A stretch of 10,757 nt of DNA from a virus (lineage: Duplodnaviria; Heunggongvirae; Uroviricota; Caudoviricetes). Positions within the stretch are counted from its first letter, which is position 1. Each line of letters begins with the position of its first letter. The translations under genes were made by a program, and so were the position numbers. Shown one piece after another: positions 1-7,351 of this stretch. Below the pieces are notes generated by a model. That model ran no database searches. It worked only from the letters and a program-made list of their open reading frames with translations, and was not told where the DNA came from. The stretch is from positions 1 through 10,757 of the IMG/VR virus record IMGVR_UViG_2693429677_000014; one strand, written 5' to 3'.

Positions 1-682
1 ATACAGAATAATCATCAAAATCAAGTGGGCTATCAGCACCCGGCGTCAGGCTTGCAATATATCCTCTTCCCATAACTTCTGATGCTGGTATTTCTTTTGT
101 ACGATAATCACTAACTCTGAAGAGCTGCCCTTGGTGGGTGTGTAATTCCACTCCTCCATTCTGAAGACTTAGCAAGGCACGTACAGCATCAATACCACGC
201 CCGTCATCCCAGCCACGAATAAACTCACCACGTAAATCAGGCAATTTATTTGTCGGATAAGCCTTTGCCAGTTCCGGGTATTCTTCAGCAGAAAAAGCGG
301 CACCGTTGCATTTCAGCCAGCCTGTTGGCGGAGTGGCTGAAGGCCACGGAACAGGCACCCCAACCGGTAATGCAGAGCCTTCTCCCAAACCAAGGTTTTC
401 GAGAGCCGTTTTCACCGTGCCATCCGATTTGATATCACCAAACGGATTCTTGCGGCTTAACAGCAGAGCACGAAGCGCGGTAAGCAACTGGTCGTGCCGC
501 GCCTTCTCCAGACTGGCACCGGATGCCTCAACAACGCTACAAAGTTCTTCCTGCAACATGTCAAAGTAGTCATCATCCAGATCGGTGGCAGGCGTGCCAG
601 TCTGGGGGTTACCACGGGTAAAACCGTTCTTACCCGCGCCGAACTTATCCTTCTGCGCGGTTTTCGTGTCTATACGATGCAT
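1..682 (-). CDS. stfP: Side tail fibre protein, N-terminal part (e14/Mu S-type, with phage tail-collar domain); CDS is open at the window start
   Basis: Absent from the ORF track because it runs off the window edge. Own minus-strand translation from ATG at 682-680: [47 protein letters not shown]...[72 protein letters not shown]..., no stop down to position 1. Start lies 4 nt after the ymfQ stop. The PWPS...GWLKCNG...YP motif is the tail-collar domain seen in Stf proteins. Confidence 0.75.
   Translation of the reverse strand, partial: MHRIDTKTAQKDKFGAGKNGFTRGNPQTGTPATDLDDDYFDMLQEELCSVVEASGASLEKARHDQLLTALRALLLSRKNPFGDIKSDGTVKTALENLGLGEGSALPVGVPVPWPSATPPTGWLKCNGAAFSAEEYPELAKAYPTNKLPDLRGEFIRGWDDGRGIDAVRALLSLQNGGVELHTHQGQLFRVSDYRTKEIPASEVMGRGYIASLTPGADSPLDFDDYSV
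230..393. repeat. 164-bp perfect direct repeat, copy 1 (tail-collar coding segment inside stfP)
   Basis: Base-by-base comparison: 230-393 is identical to 1369-1532 in the same orientation; mismatches immediately outside both ends. Confidence 0.9.
380..405. promoter_or_regulatory. Hin/Gin/Cin/Pin-type DNA-invertase crossover site (pix-like), inside stfP
   Basis: TTCTCCCAAACC-AA-GGTTTTCGAGAG: two near-palindromic 12-bp half-sites around an AA core, close to remembered hixL (TTCTTGAAAACCAAGGTTTTTGATAA). The repeat boundary falls exactly after the AA core. Confidence 0.6.
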
Positions 683-685
683 GGA

Positions 686-1270
686 TTACTCCGGATATTT
701 AAAAATTACGTAGGTATGCGACGGGCAGAGTTTGTTAAGCACACACTCGACAACGGTGTCGCCCCAGATACGCAGTGCGGAATCACAGGGATCGCCACAT
801 GTCATCCAGGTGGTGTTGGTGGCGGCTGGCATGTTGACCTGCCAGTAATACCGCCATTCCGGCGCATTCACCGCGTCAGTACAGGCCGATGAGCAGGTGA
901 AAGTGCTTTTGTCGTATCGCGTGATGGTGGCATCTGGTCTGCCCAGGGCAGCAAGCTGTGCAAGATAAAAATCCTCGTTGATGCCGCCCGCCAGGTTAAC
1001 CTTCGCATCCAGCCGTTGCTGACGCTGGCGAAGGGTCTGTGTCCCTGCGGGAATACATTCATCCGGCAGACCGCACAGACGCTCCCAGCGGTTTATCAGT
1101 TCATTGGTGGTGCGCGGATCCAGCTCCCGCATAAGGGCATCCGCACGCTGATGAACGCGGGTTAATGACGGTGCCGCACCGGCAATCGCCGGATCGCTGG
1201 CTGACCACGCCGGACCGGGGGGCAACAGTGCCGACAACAGACGGATGTAATCATCGTTTGTCACGTCCAT
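686..1270 (-). CDS. ymfQ: Phage tail protein, DUF2313 / Mu gp48-like (e14 YmfQ-like)
   Basis: ORF track 686..1270, 194 aa, [34 protein letters not shown]...; matches remembered e14 YmfQ in length and sequence; sits immediately upstream of the tail fibre gene as in Mu-like tail modules. Confidence 0.8.
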   Translation of the reverse strand: MDVTNDDYIRLLSALLPPGPAWSASDPAIAGAAPSLTRVHQRADALMRELDPRTTNELINRWERLCGLPDECIPAGTQTLRQRQQRLDAKVNLAGGINEDFYLAQLAALGRPDATITRYDKSTFTCSSACTDAVNAPEWRYYWQVNMPAATNTTWMTCGDPCDSALRIWGDTVVECVLNKLCPSHTYVIFKYPE

Positions 1271-1368
1271 GAAATCGTCCCCAGTACCGCCAGTTCATTT
1301 TTTGCAATGGAGATATTGTCTGCCGGTGCAAGCAACTGATGGCTGTATTCCCCGTTCGCACCGGAAAT

Positions 1369-1532
1369 ACGTAAATCAGGCAATTTATTTGTCGGATAAG
1401 CCTTTGCCAGTTCCGGGTATTCTTCAGCAGAAAAAGCGGCACCGTTGCATTTCAGCCAGCCTGTTGGCGGAGTGGCTGAAGGCCACGGAACAGGCACCCC
1501 AACCGGTAATGCAGAGCCTTCTCCCAAACCAA
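1369..1532. repeat. 164-bp perfect direct repeat, copy 2
   Basis: Identical to 230-393 (checked in 10-nt blocks). Confidence 0.9.
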
Positions 1533-1544
1533 CATTTATGAAAA
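1519..1544. promoter_or_regulatory. Second invertase crossover-type site (pin-proximal), same orientation as the site at 380-405
   Basis: TTCTCCCAAACC-AA-CATTTATGAAAA: left half and core identical to site 1; right half retains the TTT..TGA.AA pattern of hix/gix right halves; lies about 55 bp upstream of the divergent pin start. Confidence 0.45.
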
Positions 1545-1598
1545 TGCAGAAATAACGAGCAAATGGCATCATTCCTGCTTTTGTCAGGGGGCGCTACC

Positions 1599-1727
1599 AT
1601 GCTTATTGGCTATGTACGCGTATCAACAAATGACCAGAACACCGATCTACAACGTAATGCGTTGAGCTGTGCAGGATGCGAGCTGATTTTTGAAGACAAG
1701 ATAAGCGGTACAAAGTCCGAAACCTAG
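1599..1727 (+). pseudogene. pin: Serine DNA invertase (Pin/Hin/Gin family), 5' fragment only; truncated after about 40 codons
   Basis: Own translation: MLIGYVRVSTNDQNTDLQRNALSCAGCELIFEDKISGTKSET*, matching the conserved invertase N-terminus (catalytic Ser in YVRVSTNDQ); homology ends around codon 38-40, then TAG at 1725-1727. Confidence 0.75.
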
Positions 1728-1774
1728 GGCTGACACTGCTGTTCTTATTGCAAATTAAAGGATTTAATAGTGAG

Positions 1775-1802
1775 TAGCGGCCTTACTAATGTAAGGCCGC
1801 TA
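1775..1802. terminator. Hairpin between the convergent pin remnant and the GmrSD gene; possible bidirectional terminator
   Basis: Perfect 11-12 bp stem AGCGGCCTTAC / GTAAGGCCGCT with TAAT loop, 21 nt after the GmrSD stop; T-rich run (CATTTTATT) follows on the plus strand, no clear U-tract on the minus strand. Confidence 0.4.
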
Positions 1803-1822
1803 TAATCATTTTATTAATTGCA

Positions 1823-3712
1823 TTAATCGTGTTTTGGCCATACTTTCAATGCAATTTCCCCCAACTTTTTACCCCGCTCCAGGATTTCATCCTCATCCCA
1901 TTTATCCTTAACTATAAGTGGAATGTTCAGTCGTAGATTGGTGTGGACGATGAGAGCATCACGTTTTTTCAGAAATACAGCATTCTGAACAGAACGGTTT
2001 ACGCTAAGGTTAAGCAAAGTTAGATTTCCCAACGTAGTTATCGCTTGTTGCCGTTTCCTTACCAGTAGCTGTTCTGGGGTAAGATCGGTTCCAGACAGAA
2101 CAATTTGGTTCAATACCGTAGCATCTGAATTTGTCACCATATGACCATTTTCGAGAGGCCAACAGGAATACCAACTTTGAGGCATAAGATGATCGATATC
2201 GAGGTTAGAAAGATTTGGAACATCAGGCTTCTCTGTCTTCACTTGGCGACAAAGTTCTCTTTCAAGTTCCGTTAACATTGAGCGCATTTTCGGTGCGTCG
2301 AGCCTGCCAGGATAAAGTGGAGCATTGATGCAAGCGTTGAGAAATTCTGAGTCCCCAGGCCAACGTGAGGCTTCGCCATTTAAGCTATTGAGGATATTAC
2401 GTAACTCAACACTGGAAATTTCTGTTTTAGACAAGTGCCGCAATACATTCATAAATACATTGTTGTAATTCTTTGGCGTCAGGCCACATACGGCTCTTCG
2501 TACTACGTAGGAGACAAGATCATTATACATGGCTGCTTTCTCATCATCGGCGATGTTAGCTATCGAAATGAACAAAGCAAGCGGATAAAGTGTCGTCACA
2601 TCATAGGCTGCGATGCGATGTCCAAAGTGTGAGATGGGGGTTGTGCCAAAACCACCAACCAATTCTTTATATTGTGATGCATATTGTTTGAGGCGCTTTA
2701 CTTGCAGATCTGCTCGTTGTGAAGGCAAGTCCTTACTTACATAATCACGATACTCATTGTAAAGACGAGACAGATCGATTTCACGTTGCCTTTCTGATTG
2801 CAATGTTGCATGCACTAGCCACTCCATGCGTGGTTTATTAATACGACCACGACGTTGTCTTTCTGACCAGTACGTATCTTCAAAGATCTTCCACTCATTC
2901 TCATATAATTCAACAGCATTAATATTTTCATGTTCAGCGCACATAAAAATATAATTGCGAATAAGATCTGTGGCATGAAGTTCCGCACCTCTGCCATTTA
3001 ATGTTTCAAAAATTATTTGAGCGTCATCTTCAGCCTCGAGAAATATGCTTACTAGTTTCAGATCCGTCAAGACAGCCTCAATTAATGCTACAGCATTTTC
3101 TCGTGGTGAGTGATTTTCTATTTTAATCCACTTTATAAAGGCTTCAGTAAAAAAACATAATGCTTCTAGTGATGGCGGGTGATTAAAATGCTTACGCAAC
3201 GTACCATGCTGCGTGAAACTATCAGAGAATACATTCCGGATATCGTCAATATTTTCAACATTAAAACTTTGAATAAAATGAGTTTGATCCCGAAAAGTTG
3301 GCCACAGTTTGAAGCGCTCTACTTCTTTATTTCGCATTGTGTCTTCGTTTGAGTTTTTCAGGCAAGACGAAATGAGAGGCTCTAAGTTGGAAAGATCTGT
3401 TGCACGTAATGCTAATCGGATGGATGCCAGAACATATTGAAGAGTGGTCAATCGTTGCTGACCATCAATAATATGTATGGAATCTACACCGAATAATCCT
3501 TTTTTTGGTTGAGGTTCCAGTACAACTGCACCAAGGAAATGGGGAGTTGGTTTTGTACCCGAGAGCCGGGATTGTGCTTTCTCTAGGATATCCTCCAGTA
3601 GAGCTGACCATTGGTTTCGCTGAGTCCATACATAGGCACGTTGATAGAATGGAACACAGTATTGTCGGCGGTCTTGAAAAAGTTGTTGGACAGTTAGCGT
3701 CTCGGATTTCAT
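1823..3712 (-). CDS. GmrSD-family putative type IV (modification-dependent) restriction endonuclease: N-terminal DUF262 (ParB-like, DGQQR motif) + C-terminal DUF1524 (HNH/His-Me finger)
   Basis: ORF track 1823..3772 (649 aa). Motifs YCVPFYQRAYVW and IIDGQQRLTTL (DUF262); C-terminal DIDHLMPQSW ... LGNLTLLNLSVNRS (DUF1524). Start chosen at ATG 3712 (MKSETLTV..., AGG 7 nt upstream); the upstream ATG at 3772 has no Shine-Dalgarno and overlaps a TAAAAT -10-like hexamer. Confidence 0.8.
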   Translation of the reverse strand: MKSETLTVQQLFQDRRQYCVPFYQRAYVWTQRNQWSALLEDILEKAQSRLSGTKPTPHFLGAVVLEPQPKKGLFGVDSIHIIDGQQRLTTLQYVLASIRLALRATDLSNLEPLISSCLKNSNEDTMRNKEVERFKLWPTFRDQTHFIQSFNVENIDDIRNVFSDSFTQHGTLRKHFNHPPSLEALCFFTEAFIKWIKIENHSPRENAVALIEAVLTDLKLVSIFLEAEDDAQIIFETLNGRGAELHATDLIRNYIFMCAEHENINAVELYENEWKIFEDTYWSERQRRGRINKPRMEWLVHATLQSERQREIDLSRLYNEYRDYVSKDLPSQRADLQVKRLKQYASQYKELVGGFGTTPISHFGHRIAAYDVTTLYPLALFISIANIADDEKAAMYNDLVSYVVRRAVCGLTPKNYNNVFMNVLRHLSKTEISSVELRNILNSLNGEASRWPGDSEFLNACINAPLYPGRLDAPKMRSMLTELERELCRQVKTEKPDVPNLSNLDIDHLMPQSWYSCWPLENGHMVTNSDATVLNQIVLSGTDLTPEQLLVRKRQQAITTLGNLTLLNLSVNRSVQNAVFLKKRDALIVHTNLRLNIPLIVKDKWDEDEILERGKKLGEIALKVWPKHD

Positions 3713-4169
3713 GGTATACCTGTAAGCGACATTGTACAAAAGTGAGGAGTTAATCTGATTTAGAACAATCATTTTATGTTGCTATGATACAACGTATTTG
3801 TTACCGGTTAAGTAAAAAACGCGTCTGAACGCTGACGTTTTAGGGCTTTACTAGTTATTCTTTCTTATCTCTTCATCATCCCATCGGCATCCTGTCGAGG
3901 TTGTTGACTTGTTGTTATTTATTTTGTTTAGGCGCTGTTTAATTATTATTGATGGGACTGGTGGTGAGAGGTGATTGAAACCGCAGACAGGTCGTATGCA
4001 AGACGTGCTGCGGTTGGCTGATGCACTTTTGATAGTGCAAGTATTGAATGATTGCCAGTCACAGCGGATTGTACTTAGGTAATATGACGGTTCAAGGCGT
4101 TTAAACTGAAACCATCCACATATCAGTCTCTTCAAACATTTCCTAAATCGTTCGGCTTATCTGTTCTTT

Positions 4170-4605
4170 CTCACGTTTGCTGACGTCAGTGCTGATTGCC
4201 GGCAGTGTCATCATCGGTTTTACACGATACCCTTTGCGTTGAACGAGTCGTACTACTGTAACAACGCGTCGGTGAAGCTCCTCATCCCGACACAGGACAG
4301 TCGGGATATCATTGCAGTAGCAACGGGGAGTCTGGATGCAATATGGAAAGACGGACACCGATATCAGAAAGCCGGGGTAATGCTGGGGGACTTCTTCAGT
4401 CAGAGCATGCCCTAACCTATTCGACGATAACGCGCTGGGTCCTGGGAGCGAAAAGTTAATGAGCGTGCTGGAGCACCTCAACGCAAAAGACGGGAAGGAA
4501 ACACTCTGTTTCGCTGGGCAGGGCATTCAGCAGCAGTGGCAGATGAAACGCGAGATATTTTCGCACCGGTATACAACTAGATTTTCTGGCATTTTAGGTG
4601 GTTAG
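4170..4605 (+). pseudogene. umuC: umuC-like (Y-family translesion polymerase Pol V catalytic subunit) 3' remnant; frameshifted, 5' two-thirds missing
   Basis: Own translation: ...PFALNESYYCNNASVKLLIPTQDSRDIIAVATGSLDAIWKDGHRYQKAGVMLGDFFSQ then frame change, then FDDNALGPGSEKLMSVLEHLNAKDGKETLCFAGQGIQQQWQMKREIFSHRYTTR..., which parallels the remembered UmuC C-terminus (ASVKLLTPTQDSRDII ... FAGQGIQQQWQMKRAMLSPRYTTR). 17 nt where about 21 are expected between FFSQ and FDDNA. Confidence 0.65.
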
Positions 4606-4642
4606 ATAGATATTTATGCTCTACGCAATGAATATGAGAGAA

Positions 4643-5308
4643 TTAATTGTCTAAGCTGGTATAATATGAATAAAGGCTTTTTCCCATTATTTTCTCTAAA
4701 TCCTTTTTGTTTCTAAAGAAAATGTTTGAGATATGCTGATGATAATACTTTATAATGATTCTCATCAGCGCCGATACTACCTCATGAAGTTTTTTCACCA
4801 TTTTATGCTGTGTTGAATTACAATCTCCCTCCATAAGTGATATAAATGTTGATGTAACATTTAGGTTCGCTTGGGGGGAGGAGTGAACATAATAACAGGC
4901 GTTGATATAGACATTATGTAAATAAGACCAGCCTTCATCGACTTGTTGGGCTTTTAAGAAGTCAAAGTCTCTACGACGTACAGTTTGGTCAAAATCCCCA
5001 CCATTGTAGTTCTTATTGAGGCTTATTCTGGCCACATGCTCCACCATTGAGCGGAAGTTCAGTTGGAGATACCGTTCTCTTTTTTTTATAATGGCAATTA
5101 AGGAGTTTAAGGTATCATATATAAAACCTTTTATATAAGAAGAGTGATTTAGATTAGGATTGTGACTTAAAATTGTATTACAAAGACTTATTTGCCTAAA
5201 TATTGATACTGATTTGTTTATTTCATCAGTGGTTCTGAGGTGCTTTTGCACCTCCGCTCTAAAATAATTTACATCTCTTCCAATGTTGAAGGGATCCTGC
5301 GTGAGCAT
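4643..5308 (-). CDS. Hypothetical protein (221 aa), third gene of the AT-rich operon; no recognisable domain
   Basis: ORF track 4643..5308; start ATG overlaps the upstream stop as TAATG (translational coupling); AT-rich codon usage consistent with its neighbours. Confidence 0.6.
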   Translation of the reverse strand: MLTQDPFNIGRDVNYFRAEVQKHLRTTDEINKSVSIFRQISLCNTILSHNPNLNHSSYIKGFIYDTLNSLIAIIKKRERYLQLNFRSMVEHVARISLNKNYNGGDFDQTVRRRDFDFLKAQQVDEGWSYLHNVYINACYYVHSSPQANLNVTSTFISLMEGDCNSTQHKMVKKLHEVVSALMRIIIKYYHQHISNIFFRNKKDLEKIMGKSLYSYYTSLDN

Positions 5309-5706
5309 TATTCTTCTTCCTTTTTATTTGCATTAATCCAAATATTTAAATTCCTTATAGCATGCTTGCTTTTAGATGTGGATTTTTGGCTTGTTTTATT
5401 TGCATCATTAAAAATAATGTCTAATGTGTTAATGTTGTTTAAGAAATGCGTATAAGCCATCTTTATGTCATTCTCACTTAATTCATTAATATGTTTGCAA
5501 ATTTTAGCGCACATCAAAGTTCTTGACCGTACAGCATAATTCAAAAAAGATATTTTGAAGGTTTTGTTAATAAATTTACTAACATCAAAATTTGATCTAA
5601 AAACCTCTTTTGAAAGAATCAACATAATTACCAAGCCTAAGAAGTTTTCTTTGGTCATGGGCATATTGTTAGCTTTATTGAGCGCTTTAATTAATTGTTT
5701 ATTCAT
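5308..5706 (-). CDS. Hypothetical protein (132 aa), Lys/Asn-rich; second gene of the AT-rich operon
   Basis: ORF track 5308..5706; overlaps the ParA-like stop by 8 nt and the downstream start by 1 nt; no motif recognised. Confidence 0.55.
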   Translation of the reverse strand: MNKQLIKALNKANNMPMTKENFLGLVIMLILSKEVFRSNFDVSKFINKTFKISFLNYAVRSRTLMCAKICKHINELSENDIKMAYTHFLNNINTLDIIFNDANKTSQKSTSKSKHAIRNLNIWINANKKEEE

Positions 5707-6544
5707 TTGTGTTACCTTCCAAGTGAGCCACTCTGTTAATAAATTCGTTACAGATCTTTTCTATATCTTGGCGTGACTTTGAATAACAAGAAGGAATATT
5801 TCCTTGATAACCTACCATTAAATCACGCACGTAGGTTAATTGATTTTCAAAGAAATAAAAATTTGTAAATTGAGTATGGTTTTCGAATTGTTCTTTAATT
5901 TCCCTTGTTTTATTGGTCATTTCAGCATCAGTGTTTGTATAAATGTAACCGACTTGCTTGATTTCTTTCTCATGATGTGTGCGCATATTTCTTATAACGC
6001 TATTTAAACTGCTTGCTCCAAGCACCGAGTAGTGATCAATTTTAACCGGAGTAAGATAATAATCAGAAGCAAGGAGTGCGGTATCTGTAAATAATGAGAT
6101 TGTTGGGGGGCTATCGATAAAGATATAGTCGTAACTTTCTTTTAAGTCATTTTCGGTGATGAATTTACGCAACATTTTTATTCTAATACCCTCTTGGTTA
6201 GTATCAAAGATAATGTTTATATCACCTAAGATAATATCAAGATTGTCTGAAACTTTAGTAATGACCTGTTCTGGTGTCACTTTCTTTTCATCTTCCATTA
6301 ATGAATTTGGAAGCTCAAAAATCTTTCGAATGGTTTGATTATTAGGGCGAAGGGCAGTCATATATTCTTCTACTCGATCATAATGCCCCATTAAGGACTG
6401 AGTGGCATTAAATTGAGGATCAATATCGATAACTAGAACCTTGCGCCCCATATGGTTGGCTAAAAACTCAGCAATCCCAACGCATAAAGTTGTTTTACCA
6501 ACCCCACCTTTCATATTGATAAAACTAATTACTGGTGCAGTCAT
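5699..6544 (-). CDS. ParA/MinD/Soj-family P-loop ATPase (deviant Walker A)
   Basis: ORF track 5699..6544 (281 aa): MTAPVISFINMKGGVGKTTLCVGIAEFLANHMGRKVLVIDIDPQFNATQSL (KGGVGKTT deviant Walker A, DxDPQ) and YDYIFIDSPP (Walker B); AAGGA Shine-Dalgarno about 10 nt upstream of the ATG. Confidence 0.85.
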   Translation of the reverse strand: MTAPVISFINMKGGVGKTTLCVGIAEFLANHMGRKVLVIDIDPQFNATQSLMGHYDRVEEYMTALRPNNQTIRKIFELPNSLMEDEKKVTPEQVITKVSDNLDIILGDINIIFDTNQEGIRIKMLRKFITENDLKESYDYIFIDSPPTISLFTDTALLASDYYLTPVKIDHYSVLGASSLNSVIRNMRTHHEKEIKQVGYIYTNTDAEMTNKTREIKEQFENHTQFTNFYFFENQLTYVRDLMVGYQGNIPSCYSKSRQDIEKICNEFINRVAHLEGNTNE

Positions 6545-7291
6545 TTTTTCATCCTTAATTATGTAGTGTGAAATAGATTCACTATGCTGAAAGCATTTTT
6601 TAGCTTGATTTTTATACTGCGCGTTGACTTATCACCCTATCATATATGATTTTTAGGTGTTGCATAGACTGGTTTTATATCAGGGGCTTAGGTTGTATGT
6701 GGCGTCACAGAATCACTAATCATTGAACTTTGTACATGTAACGGTCCTGTTAAATAATATATAATGGGTTGTTAAGTTGGCTCTCTGATTCCTGATGCCC
6801 CAAGGACGCGCGTCATTGCGTGCCAGATTAACTTTTCGGCGGGCACAGTGCTATCGGCAATTATTTCCTCAGCCTCTTTCCCGCATAGGTCTTGGCGCAT
6901 CCATTTTCTTGCTATGAAATCTCCAGCCGGTCAGACTGAAAGTATAGAAGAGAATATGCGAATCGCTGTTCCGGTGTTTCTGGGAGAGCTTATGTCGGAG
7001 TAATTCCCCGGTAATTGAATCTCTTTTGCTCGCTCATAACAGACATTCACTACAGTTATGGTAGAAAGTATGTATGCTGATTGGGGAAAGTGTGAAAGAA
7101 AAGAAGACTGCTGCGCTGTTTGTCGTCACGTTTATCTTCATTGGCTATGCAAGTCATAATACAAGGTGGGACAAAACTGAGACACATAAGGCCTCACAAT
7201 GGCTTGCAAGGCTTTACATGTTTTGATGTGGTGGGACGTGTGAGCACAGTGTTGATGGGGTAATACTTTGAATTAGAAGCGGATTCTTATA

Positions 7292-7337
7292 ATTCGTAAT
7301 GCGAAGGTCGTAGGTTCGACTCCTATTATCGGCACCA
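7292..7337 (+). pseudogene. tRNA-Thr(CGU) 3' fragment (anticodon loop to CCA), thrW-like; integrase attachment-site duplicate, not a complete tRNA
   Basis: ATTCGTAATGCGAAGGTCGTAGGTTCGACTCCTATTATCGGCACCA: CGT anticodon, T-arm GTAGG-TTCGACT-CCTAT, acceptor 3' strand plus discriminator A plus CCA; no D-arm or 5' acceptor strand upstream. Ends 14 nt from the integrase stop. Confidence 0.7.
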
Positions 7338-7351
7338 TTTAAATCAATAAA

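Larger units (their letters stand above)
1261..1572 (-). pseudogene. Tail-fibre variable-segment remnant: second copy of the tail-collar segment followed by a short divergent 37-aa tail; no credible N-terminus
   Basis: ORF track 1261..1572; residues [53 protein letters not shown] are encoded by the repeat copy 1369-1532; upstream residues (MMPFARYFCIFINV) read across the crossover site and pin leader; the 3' end overlaps the ymfQ start by 10 nt. Confidence 0.45.

Noticed and set aside
250-892. Plus-strand ORFs 250..432, 306..569, 494..892
   Set aside because: Antisense to, or out of frame within, the stfP and ymfQ coding regions; no Shine-Dalgarno; 250..432 only mirrors the repeat.
868-1442. 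Minus-strand ORFs 868..1062 and 1251..1442
   Set aside because: Alternative frames inside ymfQ and the tail-fibre remnant; shorter and without protein-family resemblance.
1269-1541. Plus-strand ORF 1269..1541 (90 aa), sharing its peptide with 250..432
   Set aside because: The shared peptide is simply the antisense of the 164-bp tail-collar repeat; it runs opposite to the tail-fibre remnant and has no plausible start context.
2435-3753. ORFs 2435..2632 (+), 2815..2997 (-), 3505..3753 (+)
   Set aside because: All lie inside the GmrSD-like CDS on the wrong strand or frame; the long ORF with DUF262/DUF1524 motifs explains the region.
3851-4526. Minus-strand ORFs 3851..4135 (94 aa) and 4143..4526 (127 aa)
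   Set aside because: 4143..4526 is antisense to the umuC-like remnant; 3851..4135 is low-complexity with no Shine-Dalgarno and no family resemblance, in what looks like decayed intergenic or remnant DNA.
5240-6338. Plus-strand ORFs 5240..5455, 5555..5776, 6156..6338
   Set aside because: Antisense to the three coupled minus-strand genes; AT-rich sequence yields long stop-free stretches on some frames by chance.
6640-6680. Plus-strand sigma70-like promoter (TTGACT ... TATGAT) in the parA upstream region
   Set aside because: Spacer is about 15 nt and it points away from the parA operon; too weak to call without transcript data.
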